Positions 1-10,737 are shown, numbered from the stretch's first letter. The stretch is DNA of 64,000 nt from an uncultured Pelagibacteraceae bacterium (GCA_902614125.1 CACMJW010000002.1:37244-101243); one strand, 5' to 3'. The notes: generated from the letters alone by a model not told the origin. Translations and numbers: made by a program.

Positions 1-44
1 CGCAAAAATTAGTTGGAATTAGTTTGGAAGGAAGTGTTGGATAA
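1..44 (+). CDS. sufB: Fe-S cluster assembly protein SufB, 3' end (partial)
   Basis: Frame from nt 3 reads QKLVGISLEGSVG*, the typical SufB C-terminus; stop overlaps the sufC start (TAATG). Confidence 0.9.
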   Translation, partial: QKLVGISLEGSVG

Positions 45-775
45 TGTTGGAAATAAACAATTTAGAAGCAGGTATTGATAATAAAGAAATTCTAAAAGGA
101 CTTAGCTTAAAAATAAATCCTGGAGAAGTTCATGCAATAATGGGTCCAAATGGATCAGGAAAAAGTACTTTATCAAATATTTTATCTGGAAAAAAAGGTT
201 ATGAAATCAAAGGGGATGTAAAATTTGAAAATACCAACTTACTCGAACTTGAAATTGAAGAGAGAGCACATAAAGGAATATTTTTAGCATTCCAGTATCC
301 TTTAGAAATTCCAGGTGTAAACACTAACAACTTTTTAAAAACTTCATTAAATGCCGTGAAAAAAGCAAAAGGTGAAAAAGAATTAGATGCAATTGAATTT
401 CTTAAGCTTGTGAAAGAAAAATCTGCACAATTAAAATTTGATCAAAATATTCTGTCACGACAACTAAATGTAGGATTTTCAGGAGGAGAAAAGAAAAAAA
501 ATGAAATTCTTCAAATGTCTATCTTAAATCCAAAATTATCAATATTAGATGAAACAGACTCTGGTTTAGATATTGATGCACTTAAAATAGTTTCCGATGG
601 AGTAAACTCATTAAGAAATACAAATAATTCTTTTTTAATAATAACGCATTATCAAAGATTACTTAATTATATAAAGCCAGATTTCGTTCATGTTTTGAAA
701 GACGGAAAAATAATAAAAACTGGGAATTTTGAACTAGCACTAGAATTAGAAAAACAAGGTTATGAGAGCCTATAA
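44..775 (+). CDS. sufC: Fe-S cluster assembly ATPase SufC
   Basis: Walker A GPNGSGKST; GFSGGEKK signature; LDETDSGLDIDAL. Confidence 0.97.
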   Translation: MLEINNLEAGIDNKEILKGLSLKINPGEVHAIMGPNGSGKSTLSNILSGKKGYEIKGDVKFENTNLLELEIEERAHKGIFLAFQYPLEIPGVNTNNFLKTSLNAVKKAKGEKELDAIEFLKLVKEKSAQLKFDQNILSRQLNVGFSGGEKKKNEILQMSILNPKLSILDETDSGLDIDALKIVSDGVNSLRNTNNSFLIITHYQRLLNYIKPDFVHVLKDGKIIKTGNFELALELEKQGYESL

Positions 776-1996
776 ATGTTAAAAGAAAATTTAGAATTTG
801 AAAGTTTAACTTATAAAACTTTAGGAAACACTAAAGAGCGTAAAGAGCATTTTTTTAAATTTGTAGAAAGTGGGTTTCCCTCAAAAAAATTGGAAGATTG
901 GAAGTTTTCAGATTTAAAATCAATTATAAATAAAAACATAAAAGAAATTAAATTTGGCTTTAATACCATTGAAAATAAAAGTTACAATTTAAAATATATA
1001 AAAAATTTTGAACATTCAAAAATTGTTATTTTAAATGGAGAGTTCCTATCAGCAGATATTTTAGATATAGATAAAAATAAAATAGAGATAAAAAATGAAA
1101 ACTTAATTTTTAGTGAAAGTTTGAATGAACCTTTAAATAATTTGAATAAGGCTTTTGCGAGTCGATTAATTAAAATAAATGTTTTAGAGGATAAAATTGT
1201 AGAAAAACCTTTAGTTATTTATCATATATGTGATTTAGATAACAAAACAAATTTAATTAATACTAGATTTGAGTTAACACTTCATAAAAATTCATCTTTA
1301 TCAACTTTGAATTTATTCGAAGATAAATCAGTTAGTGGTTTTAATAATCATAACTTTAATATTCTTATCAATAAAAATTCAAACCTTAAAAATTATATTT
1401 TTGATTTAAATAAAAATCAAAATCTAAGATACAGCTTCACTAATATTGATATTTATGAAAACAGTAATTCAGAAAACTTTATTTATTCATCTGGATCTAA
1501 ATTTTCAAAATATGAAATAAATACTAATTTAAAAGAAAAATATAGCTCTGCTTTTATTAATGGGATTATAAATTTAGACAAGAACAATCATCATGAAATT
1601 AAAACAAATATTAACCATTTGGCTAAAAATACAAAAAGTTATCAATTAATAAAAAGTGTTTTAAACGATAAGTCTACTGGAGTTTATCAAGGAAAAATTT
1701 TTGTTAACGATCAAGCTCAAAAAACAGACGGATATCAATTAAGTAAAGCCTTACTTTTAAACGAAAATACAGAATTTAATGGTAAACCAGAATTAGAAAT
1801 TTACGCAGATGATGTAAAATGTTCTCATGGTTCTACTTCAGGCAATTTGGATGAAAACTCCATATTTTACCTAATGTCTAGAGGTTTAAATTACGATCAG
1901 GCAAAAAAGTTACTAATAGATGGTTTCATTAATGATGTAATTGAAAAAATAACAAACATCGAAATACAGAAATATCTAAAGGAGGCGATAACTTAA
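776..1996 (+). CDS. sufD: Fe-S cluster assembly protein SufD
   Basis: GFPSKKLEDWKFSD; KPELEIYADDVKCSHG; FYLMSRG; operon position. Confidence 0.93.
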   Translation: MLKENLEFESLTYKTLGNTKERKEHFFKFVESGFPSKKLEDWKFSDLKSIINKNIKEIKFGFNTIENKSYNLKYIKNFEHSKIVILNGEFLSADILDIDKNKIEIKNENLIFSESLNEPLNNLNKAFASRLIKINVLEDKIVEKPLVIYHICDLDNKTNLINTRFELTLHKNSSLSTLNLFEDKSVSGFNNHNFNILINKNSNLKNYIFDLNKNQNLRYSFTNIDIYENSNSENFIYSSGSKFSKYEINTNLKEKYSSAFINGIINLDKNNHHEIKTNINHLAKNTKSYQLIKSVLNDKSTGVYQGKIFVNDQAQKTDGYQLSKALLLNENTEFNGKPELEIYADDVKCSHGSTSGNLDENSIFYLMSRGLNYDQAKKLLIDGFINDVIEKITNIEIQKYLKEAIT

Positions 1997-3213
1997 TGGA
2001 TATAGATAGCATTAAAAAAGAATTTCCAATATTTGATAACAAAGTTCAAAATAATGATCTTGTATATTTAGACAGCGCAAACTCCTCACAAAAACCAAGG
2101 GTTGTAATTGATAGAATATATGATTTTTATTCTAAAGAGTTTTCTAATGTAGGTAGAAGTGTTCATTATTTAGCTGTTGCTGCAACAAATCTTTATGAAA
2201 ATACAAGAACATCAGTTCAAAGATATATTAATGCCAAAGATAAGAATGAAATTGTATTTACCAAAGGTGCTACAGAAGCAATTAATTTGGTAGCAAATAC
2301 CTTTGGGCAAAAGTATCTAGAAGAAGGTGATGAAGTTTTATTAACAGAACTTGAACATCATTCTAATTATGTTCCTTGGCATTTCCTAAGAAATTCAAAA
2401 AAAATTAAAATTGAATTTGCTGAGATTAATGATGCAGGTGAGATAACTATTGAAGCAATAAAAAACAAAATAACTAGTAAAACAAAAATTATAAGCGTCA
2501 CTCATTTATCAAATGTAACTGGAGCAATATTACCGATTAAAGAAATTGTAGAACTTGCGCACTCAAAAAATATTCCTGTTTTAGTGGATGGTTGCCAAGG
2601 AGCACCACATTTAAAATTAGATATGCAGGAATTAGATTGTGATTTTTATGCTATATCAGGACATAAAATGTATGGGCCAACAGGAATTGGGGTTTTATAC
2701 GCAAAAAAGAAATGGTTAGACGATCTACCTCCATACCAAGGTGGTGGAGGAATGATAAATGAAGTTAAAAAAACTGGAATTTCTTATGGTGAACTACCAA
2801 ATAAATATGAGGCAGGTACAATGGCAACAGCCCAAGTGATTGCATTTAACGAATCTATAAAATTTATGGAAAAAGTTGGTATTGAAAATATAGAAAAGCA
2901 CGAGAAAGAGTTATTGGATTATGGATTAGATATTTTGGGGAAAAATAATTCAATAAAAATTGTAGGTAATCCAAAAAATAAAGGCGGAGTGATTTCTTTT
3001 ACCATTGAAGGTGTTCACCCACATGATATTGCAACTATTCTTGATGAAGATGGAGTAGCAATCAGAGCAGGACATCATTGTTGTCAGATATTACATGAAA
3101 AGTTGAAACTCCCGGCCACTGCAAGAGCATCGTTTGGTATATATAATACAAAGGATGATATTGATCAATTAAACCAATCAATAGAAAATTGTAAAAAAAT
3201 ATTTAACATATAA
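1996..3213 (+). CDS. sufS: Cysteine desulfurase SufS
   Basis: YLDSAN; EHHSN; SGHKMYGPTGIG (PLP lysine); RAGHHC. Confidence 0.96.
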   Translation: MDIDSIKKEFPIFDNKVQNNDLVYLDSANSSQKPRVVIDRIYDFYSKEFSNVGRSVHYLAVAATNLYENTRTSVQRYINAKDKNEIVFTKGATEAINLVANTFGQKYLEEGDEVLLTELEHHSNYVPWHFLRNSKKIKIEFAEINDAGEITIEAIKNKITSKTKIISVTHLSNVTGAILPIKEIVELAHSKNIPVLVDGCQGAPHLKLDMQELDCDFYAISGHKMYGPTGIGVLYAKKKWLDDLPPYQGGGGMINEVKKTGISYGELPNKYEAGTMATAQVIAFNESIKFMEKVGIENIEKHEKELLDYGLDILGKNNSIKIVGNPKNKGGVISFTIEGVHPHDIATILDEDGVAIRAGHHCCQILHEKLKLPATARASFGIYNTKDDIDQLNQSIENCKKIFNI

Positions 3214-3677
3214 TGGACCTAAAAGAATTATATCAAGAAATTATTTTGGATCATGGTAAAAATCCTAGAAATTTAAGAAAAACTGAAAACTTTAATAAAG
3301 ACGCTAAAGGGCATAATCCTTTATGCGGAGATAACGTTCATATCTATTTAAAATTAAACGAAAATAAAAAAGTTGAGGATATTTCATTTGAAGGACATGG
3401 GTGCGCTATATCAATGGCATCAGCCTCTATAATGACTGATTTAGTTAAAGGTAAAGAGGAAGCTCAGGTAAAAGAAATTGTAAACGATTTTTTAGATATG
3501 ATTAAAGAAAAAGAGGAACTTCAAAATAAAATCTTAAATGAAGATGAAAAAACTAAATTAATGTGTCTATCAGGTGTAAAACAGTACCCAATGAGAGTAA
3601 AATGTGCTACTCTTTCTTGGCATACTCTAACATCAGCAATTGATGATTTTCAAAAAACAGTAAATACTGAAAGCTAA
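3213..3677 (+). CDS. sufU: SUF system NifU-like sulfur-transfer protein SufU
   Basis: LYQEIILDH; NPLCGD; GCAIS; RVKCATL. Confidence 0.93.
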   Translation: MDLKELYQEIILDHGKNPRNLRKTENFNKDAKGHNPLCGDNVHIYLKLNENKKVEDISFEGHGCAISMASASIMTDLVKGKEEAQVKEIVNDFLDMIKEKEELQNKILNEDEKTKLMCLSGVKQYPMRVKCATLSWHTLTSAIDDFQKTVNTES

Positions 3678-3679
3678 AA

Positions 3680-3976
3680 ATGGATTTAAAAGAAAAAGTA
3701 ATTACAGAAATAAAAAAAATATATGATCCTGAAATTCCGGTAAATATTTATGAACTTGGTTTGATTTATGATATTAAAATTAAAGATAAAGACGTTCAAG
3801 TTAAGATGACGCTTACAACACCTAATTGTCCAGTTGCAGAAAGTTTGCCTAAAGAAGTTAAGGATAGTATAATGGAACTTAAAGAAGTTAATAAAGTTGA
3901 TCTTGATTTGGTTTGGGATCCCCCATGGGACAAATCAATGATGTCAGAGGCAGCAAAATTAGAGCTAAATTTATGA
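3680..3976 (+). CDS. sufT: SufT / DUF59 Fe-S maturation protein
   Basis: DPEIPVNIYELGLIY; MTLTTPNCPVA; WDPPW. Confidence 0.9.
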   Translation: MDLKEKVITEIKKIYDPEIPVNIYELGLIYDIKIKDKDVQVKMTLTTPNCPVAESLPKEVKDSIMELKEVNKVDLDLVWDPPWDKSMMSEAAKLELNL

Positions 3977-4308
3977 CAAAACAAATAATAACTCTAAGCG
4001 ATAATGCAGCAGCAAGAATAAAAGAAATAATGTCTAAAGATCAGCAGAATTCTCTTGGTGTAAGAGTTGGAGTCAAATCAGGCGGATGCGCAGGGATGTC
4101 TTATATTATGGAATACACAAAAGAAATAAATCCTAATGATGAATTAATTGAAGATAAAGGGGTTAAAGTTTTTATTGATTCTGCAGCGGTAATTTATCTG
4201 CTTGGTACAGAAATGGATTATAAAAAAGATCAATTTTCGTCCTCATTTGTGTTCAATAATCCCAATGAAACAGAGCGTTGCGGATGCGGAGAGTCATTTA
4301 AAATCTAG
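3973..4308 (+). CDS. sufA: A-type Fe-S carrier (SufA/IscA, HesB family)
   Basis: GGCAGMSY and CGCGESF motifs; start re-called at ATG 3973 (ATGA-type overlap region with sufT) instead of 3913. Confidence 0.92.
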   Translation: MTKQIITLSDNAAARIKEIMSKDQQNSLGVRVGVKSGGCAGMSYIMEYTKEINPNDELIEDKGVKVFIDSAAVIYLLGTEMDYKKDQFSSSFVFNNPNETERCGCGESFKI

Positions 4309-4366
4309 TATTAGTTTAGTGCATACCAGAGTTGTTAAAAACACATATCTATTGTATAAGCAAGAT

Positions 4367-4537
4367 ATGAATAAATTTGAGTTTAAAAATCTTGTTAAAG
4401 ACCTTAAGGATAACTTGAAGGAAAGATCATTCTTTAAAGTTTTACGTAAAGAAGTTGAGACTGGAGCTAATGGTACTCAAGATTACGTTGTTAAAAAAGG
4501 TATTAACAAAGATTCAATTGCATCAACCAAACAGTAG
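4367..4537 (+). CDS. Small hypothetical protein (56 aa)
   Basis: MNKFEFKNLVKDLKD...ASTKQ; ATG 4367 is the plausible start of the 4202 ORF; fills the gap between sufA and glnA. Confidence 0.6.
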   Translation: MNKFEFKNLVKDLKDNLKERSFFKVLRKEVETGANGTQDYVVKKGINKDSIASTKQ

Positions 4538-4544
4538 TTAATTA

Positions 4545-5951
4545 TTAACTGCTATAATACATCTCAAACTCAACCGGGTGAGGTGCATGCTCAAACTTAT
4601 GAATTTCCTCGAACTTAAGTGCAATATAGGCGTCTATTTGATCGTCACTAAATACTCCACCTTGAGTTAAAAACTCTCTATCTTTATCCAAAGCTTCCAT
4701 TGCTTCTCTTAAAGATCCACAAACTGTTGGAATACTTTTAACCTCTTCCTCAGGTAATTCATACAAATCTTTGTCAAAAGAATCCCCAGGATGAATTTTA
4801 TTTTTAATACCATCTAAACCCGCCATTAACATTGCTGCAAAAGTTAAGTAAGGGTTTCCAGCAGCATCTGGAAATCTAATTTCACACCTTGCACCTTTTT
4901 TGCTTAAAGTAATTGGTATCCTACAAGATGCAGATCTGTTACGTGCTGAATATGCTAATAATACTGGTGCTTCGAAACCAGGAATTAATCTTTTGTAACT
5001 GTTTGTTGTAGAATTAGCAAATGCATTAATTGCTTTAGCATGTTTTAAAATTCCTCCAATATAAAACAATGCTGTTTCAGATAATCCTGAATATGCATCA
5101 CCAGAAAAAACAGGAGTATCACCTTTCCAAACTGATTGGTGTATATGCATACCCGAACCATTATCTCCTGCTACGGGCTTTGGCATAAACGTAGCTGTTT
5201 TTCCAAATGAGTGTGTAACCATTTGAACAACATATTTATATAACTGAACATTATCCGCTTGATTTACTAATGTACCAAAATACATACCTAGCTCGTGTTG
5301 ACTTGGAGCAACTTCATGGTGATGTTTTTCAACTTTAATACCAACATCCTTTAATCCTTTTAAATATTCGCCTCTCATATCTTGAGCACTATCAACTGGT
5401 GGAACTGGAAAATATCCTCCTTTGATACCAGGTCTATGTCCCATGTTTCCATTTTCATACCTTTTTCCAGAATTGTAAGGACCTTCTGTGCTATCAATAG
5501 CAAAACTAGTTTCATTCATATCGTTTTTAATTCTTACATCATCAAAAACAAAAAATTCTGGCTCTGGTCCGAAAAATGCTTTATCACCAATACCTGAAGA
5601 TTTTAAATATTCCTCTGCTCTTTTAGCCGTACCCCTTGGATCACGTTCATAAGGGTTTTTCTTTACAGCATCTAAAATATCACAAAATAAAACTAATGTA
5701 TTATGAGAAGTAAAAGGATCCATAAACATTCTTGATAAATCTGGTTTTAGTATCATGTCAGACTCATTAATTGCTTTCCAACCAGCTATTGACGAACCAT
5801 CAAAAAACACACCTTGATTTAACATGTCTTCATCTACAACAGTAGAGTCTATTGTTAGGTGTTGAAGTTTTCCTCTCGGGTCTGTAAATCTAAGATCTAC
5901 AAATTCAGCTTCTTTGTCTTTGATCATCTTAAGTACATCACTAGCGCTCAT
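4545..5951 (-). CDS. glnA: Glutamine synthetase type I
   Basis: FDGSSI; [10 protein letters not shown]; FMPKP; NGSGMH; NRSASCRIP; DKDLY adenylylation-site tyrosine; GGAG RBS. Confidence 0.98.
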   Translation of the reverse strand: MSASDVLKMIKDKEAEFVDLRFTDPRGKLQHLTIDSTVVDEDMLNQGVFFDGSSIAGWKAINESDMILKPDLSRMFMDPFTSHNTLVLFCDILDAVKKNPYERDPRGTAKRAEEYLKSSGIGDKAFFGPEPEFFVFDDVRIKNDMNETSFAIDSTEGPYNSGKRYENGNMGHRPGIKGGYFPVPPVDSAQDMRGEYLKGLKDVGIKVEKHHHEVAPSQHELGMYFGTLVNQADNVQLYKYVVQMVTHSFGKTATFMPKPVAGDNGSGMHIHQSVWKGDTPVFSGDAYSGLSETALFYIGGILKHAKAINAFANSTTNSYKRLIPGFEAPVLLAYSARNRSASCRIPITLSKKGARCEIRFPDAAGNPYLTFAAMLMAGLDGIKNKIHPGDSFDKDLYELPEEEVKSIPTVCGSLREAMEALDKDREFLTQGGVFSDDQIDAYIALKFEEIHKFEHAPHPVEFEMYYSS

Positions 5952-6031
5952 AATTCACTCCTATTAATTTTGTAATCTGGGGTGATTAACATTAAAAAAA
6001 TGATAAATAATGCATATAAAATAGATAACAC

Positions 6032-6050
6032 GTATGCATTTTTTACATAT
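6032..6050 (-). promoter_or_regulatory. Candidate operator upstream of glnA, ATATGTA-N5-TGCATAC (shared with amtB)
   Basis: Imperfect palindrome 81-99 nt upstream of the glnA ATG; 12 of 14 half-site bases match the amtB palindrome. Confidence 0.5.
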
Positions 6051-6092
6051 ATATAAGCGAAGTACTATAATTTTAATCAACTATAGATTGAA

Positions 6093-6572
6093 ATGAATAT
6101 TTTAGATAAAGAACCAGTTACAAGAGTTAAAAAAGCTCTTAAAGATTTTGATAGTTCCCTTGATATTGTTGAATTAAAAACTTCAGCTAGAACTGCAATT
6201 GATGCTGCAAATTCACTTAACTGTGAAATTGGTGCAATTGTAAAAAGTCTTCTTTTTAAAACAGAGAAAAACTTCATTTTATGCTTAGTAGCAGGAGATA
6301 AAAAATGCTCTTTAAAGAAATTAAAAAAAATCACAAATTTAAACGATATAAAAATGGCATCGCCTGATGAGGTAAAACAACATACTGGTTATACAATAGG
6401 AGGTGTTTCACCTGTTGGACATCTTACAGACTTACAAATTTATATTGACACAACTTTAGAAAGATTTGTAAAAATTTTTGCAGCAGCGGGTCATCCAAAT
6501 TGTGTATTTGAGATTAGTTTTAATAATTTAAAAAAACTTACTAAAGGAAAAATTGAAAATTTAATAGAATGA
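6093..6572 (+). CDS. YbaK/EbsC-family aminoacyl-tRNA deacylase
   Basis: IVKSLLF; TGYTIGGVSPVGH; AAAGHP. Confidence 0.9.
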   Translation: MNILDKEPVTRVKKALKDFDSSLDIVELKTSARTAIDAANSLNCEIGAIVKSLLFKTEKNFILCLVAGDKKCSLKKLKKITNLNDIKMASPDEVKQHTGYTIGGVSPVGHLTDLQIYIDTTLERFVKIFAAAGHPNCVFEISFNNLKKLTKGKIENLIE

Positions 6573-7456
6573 GACAACCAAATTTAATTGATTATATTTT
6601 ATTAACCCTTCTAGCTTTAATTTGGGCGTCAGCTTTCTTTAATATTAAGATAGCCACATACTCATTTGGACCTGTAACCATTGCTTTATTAAGAGTATTT
6701 TTTGGGGCTATTCCAGTTTTAATTTTATGTTTTTATAAAAAAATTAAAGTAGAGGCATTTTCAAAAGATTGGTATTGGTTTGCAATAATTGGTTTTATAA
6801 ACTTAGTTGTTCCTTTTTTTCTTATTTCTTATGGTGTAAAATCTGTTCAAAGTAATTTAGCTGCAATTCTAATGTCCACAACACCATTATCCTCAACAAT
6901 CTTGGGGCATTATTATACGAAAAATGAAAAATTTAACTTTACAAAAACTATTGGAATTTTAATTGGTTTTGCAGGAATAGTATATTTATTTTCTGATAAC
7001 TTATTAATTAATGAAAGTAATTTTTTCTCTGCAATACTAATTCTAGTTGGGTCTACTTGTTATGTAATTGGCGGTGTACTTACTTTAAAAATAAAAGAAA
7101 AAAAAAATGAGAATGTTACTGGCTCCATATTAATTTGGGCAATTATAATTTTAATACCTTTATCTTTTTTTATTGAAAAACCTTGGACATATAATCCATC
7201 AATTCAGTCAACTGTTTCTGTAATTTATCTTGGATTTGTATCTACAGGTATAGCTTGGTTGTTGAGATTTAAAATTTTAGTAGATAATGGTTTGATTTTC
7301 CAGTCGCAAGTATCTTATTTAATTCCTATATTTGGAATTATGCTTAGTTATATATTTCTAAAAGAATTAATTACCGTAAAAGTATTAATATCTCTAATAG
7401 CCGTTGTAATTGGTATTTACTTTGTAAGACGAGCGGGTGGTAAAAAGGTTATTTAA
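6569..7456 (+). CDS. DMT/EamA-family transporter
   Basis: About 10 TM; LIWASAF; two EamA repeats. Confidence 0.88.
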   Translation: MRQPNLIDYILLTLLALIWASAFFNIKIATYSFGPVTIALLRVFFGAIPVLILCFYKKIKVEAFSKDWYWFAIIGFINLVVPFFLISYGVKSVQSNLAAILMSTTPLSSTILGHYYTKNEKFNFTKTIGILIGFAGIVYLFSDNLLINESNFFSAILILVGSTCYVIGGVLTLKIKEKKNENVTGSILIWAIIILIPLSFFIEKPWTYNPSIQSTVSVIYLGFVSTGIAWLLRFKILVDNGLIFQSQVSYLIPIFGIMLSYIFLKELITVKVLISLIAVVIGIYFVRRAGGKKVI

Positions 7457-8363
7457 GAGTTGAAATTTTTTTTATATGCTCTGGTTTAGTTTCACAACAG
7501 CCTCCTAAAATTCTTGCACCTTTTTCAACCATTCTTTTTGTAAATTTATAAAACTCTTTTGGACTTAGATTTCTTGAACCAAGTGCAATGTTAGGATTTG
7601 TTCCTATTTCATTATGTTTTGCTGAATTAAAAGTTTGCACTGGAGTTGGTTCTTCAATGCCCCATAAATTTACCTTAAATCCGAAAGGAAGTTTTAAATC
7701 AGAAAAAAAAACAGATGTTCTTTCAACTATTTCTGGAGATACACAAGCAAAAACTAGACCAATCCAACTGTTACATTGAAATTTTTCAATTATATTTTGA
7801 ACATTCTCACCCGAAGGTAATTTGCAATTCTTTTTTAAATGTATACCTACAACCACCTTTTTTCCAAGTTTTTCAACAATATTTGAAGCAATTTCGATTT
7901 CTCTACCACTGCTTACAACATCAAGATAAAAAAAATCAACATAAGGACTAATTATTTTAGCCTGTTCCTCAAAATCAGATTGAATTTCTGATGAACTTCT
8001 TTCATCTTCAACATAAGTATCGCTTTGAGATGGCAATGAACCAGCTATCAATATATTTTGTTTAGAAATATCTCTTGCTTTATTTGCTAAAATACCTGCT
8101 TGTTCGTTGGCATATTGGAATTTATCTAAAACTTTATTTTGAATAAATCTAATTTTCCTAGCAGAAAAATTATTTGTTACAATTATATCTGCACCTGCGT
8201 TTATGTAGGAAATATGCGCATCAATTACTAACTTATGAAATTCTTTCCCAATTAATGCACTTGCAGACCACAGTGTACCTTTTGATATCAAACCTTTGCT
8301 CAAAAGTTCCTGACCCATTCCTCCATCGAAAATTCTTATTTTTTCAAAATATTTAGTATCCAT
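7449..8363 (-). CDS. Homocysteine S-methyltransferase family protein (MmuM/BHMT-like)
   Basis: FDGGMGQEL; LWSA; AGADII; Zn-ligand Cys and GGCC; start re-called at MDTKY (8363). Confidence 0.88.
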   Translation of the reverse strand: MDTKYFEKIRIFDGGMGQELLSKGLISKGTLWSASALIGKEFHKLVIDAHISYINAGADIIVTNNFSARKIRFIQNKVLDKFQYANEQAGILANKARDISKQNILIAGSLPSQSDTYVEDERSSSEIQSDFEEQAKIISPYVDFFYLDVVSSGREIEIASNIVEKLGKKVVVGIHLKKNCKLPSGENVQNIIEKFQCNSWIGLVFACVSPEIVERTSVFFSDLKLPFGFKVNLWGIEEPTPVQTFNSAKHNEIGTNPNIALGSRNLSPKEFYKFTKRMVEKGARILGGCCETKPEHIKKISTLK

Positions 8364-8367
8364 AAAA

Positions 8368-9222
8368 TTATTTTTCTGGTCGTGTAGCAATATAAACACC
8401 AATTGAAGCAATTAAAAAACCAATTATGTCAATAAAGTATAAATTTTCGTTCAAAAATAACCAAGCCATCAAAGCAGATACAGATGGTATTAAAAAGAAA
8501 AAAGAGGTGGTTTTACTTGCCGAATTTTCTCTTATCAAGAACATTAGAATTGTAAAAGCACCAAATGAGACTAGCAAAACTTGATGACTCATCGCAGCTA
8601 TGAAAGTGAAAGAAAAATTAATTTGAAATTTTGTAAAAAAAATTATTATTAAGACATGGAACAAACATCCCCCAAGAGCTTGGTAGGTATTACTTGTTTC
8701 TAGCGGTAAATTATTTGATATTTTTTTTTGCCAAATGGTTGCAGATGTAATCGATATAAGAGAAATTATAGTTGCTACCACTCCATCAAAAGGAATATTT
8801 TTTCCTATGTCAAAACCCAAGACTAATACAGCACCTAAAAATCCAAGAAATATTCCAATCCACTGATGATAGGAAACATTCTCTTTAAGAAACGGACCTG
8901 CCAATATGTTTGTTAGAATAGGTTGTAATGTTACAATTAATGCAGCTATACCAGTCGGCATTCCAACAGAAACTGAATAAAAAACTCCTCCAAGATAAAT
9001 TCCATGAAACAAAACTCCACTCACCAATGATTGAATTAAATTTGATTTTGAAACTTTTAGACTAAAATTTTTATATATTGAAAAAATTAAAAAACCTAGA
9101 GATACAAAAAAAAATCTACAAGCTAATGCTGAAAAAGGTTCACTATGATCAACAATTGGTTTTGTTGTGATAAAAGCAGATGACCACAAAACAATAAATA
9201 TCAAAGGAAAAATCTTTGTCAT
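8368..9222 (-). CDS. DMT/EamA-family transporter
   Basis: LWSSAF; LIVTLQPIL; about 10 TM. Confidence 0.88.
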   Translation of the reverse strand: MTKIFPLIFIVLWSSAFITTKPIVDHSEPFSALACRFFFVSLGFLIFSIYKNFSLKVSKSNLIQSLVSGVLFHGIYLGGVFYSVSVGMPTGIAALIVTLQPILTNILAGPFLKENVSYHQWIGIFLGFLGAVLVLGFDIGKNIPFDGVVATIISLISITSATIWQKKISNNLPLETSNTYQALGGCLFHVLIIIFFTKFQINFSFTFIAAMSHQVLLVSFGAFTILMFLIRENSASKTTSFFFLIPSVSALMAWLFLNENLYFIDIIGFLIASIGVYIATRPEK

Positions 9223-9289
9223 TTATAAAAAAACTTATATTAAAATAAGATTTAGAACAATTTAAAGAGGATGTTTTACTCTACCAAGA

Positions 9290-10732
9290 TTAAGTTTTGA
9301 GACCTAAGTGAGTATATTTTATATTTAAGTAATCTTTAATAGCCATAGAACCACCCTCTCGTCCATATCCAGTTTGTTTAATACCTCCAAATGGTGCCTC
9401 TGCTATTGCAACCGTTGGCGTGTTCACAGCCACACATCCAGTCTCCATTAATTCAGAGGCTTTATGTGCTTTTTCCATTGAGTTTGTATAAATATAACTA
9501 CACAATCCTAAATCATTATTATTCGCTCTTTCAACAACTTCATCAAAAGATTTAAAAGATAGCATAGGAACTAGAGGTCCAAATGGTTCTGTTTTCATTA
9601 TAGTAAAATTATCATCAACATCGTCAAATACAGTCGGCTCGTAAAAATATCCTTTGTTGAAGCCTGATGGTCTTTTTCCACCTATTAAAACTTTAGCACC
9701 TTCTTTTTTAGTTGTTTCTACAAGCTCTTCAATTTCGCCTAATCTTTTTAAAGTTGTTATAGGACCCAATTGAACATCTTGCTCCATACCATTTCCTATT
9801 TTTAATTTTTTAGTTTTTTCAATAAATTTGTTAACAAATTCATCTTTCTTACTTTCTTGAATGTAAAATCTATTTGGAGAAATACATACTTGTCCATTAT
9901 TTCTAAATTTTGCAGCAATGGCCATGTCAGCAACTTTTTCAATATTACAATCTTCAAATACAATAAAAGGAGAGTGACCACTTAATTCCATTGTTACTCT
10001 TTGAACTTTATCAGCTGCTTTCTTAAGTATTAATTTTCCAACTCTGGTTGATCCTGTAATTGAAACTTTTTTTACAATATCTGACTCAAGCAATTGCTCA
10101 GAAATTGAGGGAGGATCACCAGACAATAAATTAACAACTCCATCAGGAACACCACATTCTTTGCAGATGTCAACTAATTCCATAACTGTTCCAGGTGTTA
10201 TTACATCTGGCTTACAAATTACCGAGCATCCTGCAGCTAAGGCAGTAGAAATTTTTCTAGACGCTAATATTAGAGGAAAGTTCCATGGTACTAGTGCAGC
10301 AACAACCCCAACAGGCTGGTAGTAAACATGAACTCTAGTATCTGAAAATCTACTTTCAACAGTTTGTCCATATATTCTTTTTGTCTCCTCTGAGTTCCAT
10401 TCAAAAATATCGGCCGCACCACCTGCTTCACCAACCCCCTCTGCCAATGGTTTGCCAACCTCTAAAGTCATCCATTTGGCTAAAATATCTTTTTTCTCCC
10501 TTATCTTATCAGCTATTCTCCTTAAAACTTTAGATCTTTCCCAAGGTGTAGTATTTTTCCATTTTTTGAAACCACTCTCAGATGAGAGTAGTGCCTTTTC
10601 AACGTCTTCACGACAAGCTTTAGATGCATGTCCTAAAATTTCTTCTGTTGCAGGATTTATTACTTCGTATATCTCGTTGTTTTGAGACTTTTGCCACTTA
10701 CCATCAATAAATTGTCCAAACTTTTCATACAT
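9290..10732 (-). CDS. NAD(P)-dependent aldehyde dehydrogenase (SSADH / alpha-ketoglutarate-semialdehyde dehydrogenase-like)
   Basis: PWNFP; ITGST; MELSG; GQVCIS catalytic Cys; EPFGP; PFGG. Confidence 0.92.
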   Translation of the reverse strand: MYEKFGQFIDGKWQKSQNNEIYEVINPATEEILGHASKACREDVEKALLSSESGFKKWKNTTPWERSKVLRRIADKIREKKDILAKWMTLEVGKPLAEGVGEAGGAADIFEWNSEETKRIYGQTVESRFSDTRVHVYYQPVGVVAALVPWNFPLILASRKISTALAAGCSVICKPDVITPGTVMELVDICKECGVPDGVVNLLSGDPPSISEQLLESDIVKKVSITGSTRVGKLILKKAADKVQRVTMELSGHSPFIVFEDCNIEKVADMAIAAKFRNNGQVCISPNRFYIQESKKDEFVNKFIEKTKKLKIGNGMEQDVQLGPITTLKRLGEIEELVETTKKEGAKVLIGGKRPSGFNKGYFYEPTVFDDVDDNFTIMKTEPFGPLVPMLSFKSFDEVVERANNNDLGLCSYIYTNSMEKAHKASELMETGCVAVNTPTVAIAEAPFGGIKQTGYGREGGSMAIKDYLNIKYTHLGLKT

Positions 10733-10737
10733 AATTT

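Noticed and set aside
9223-9289. SAM-V riboswitch ahead of the DMT-methyltransferase pair
   Set aside because: I could not see the conserved core or pseudoknot pairing by eye; an Infernal scan would be needed to exclude it fully.
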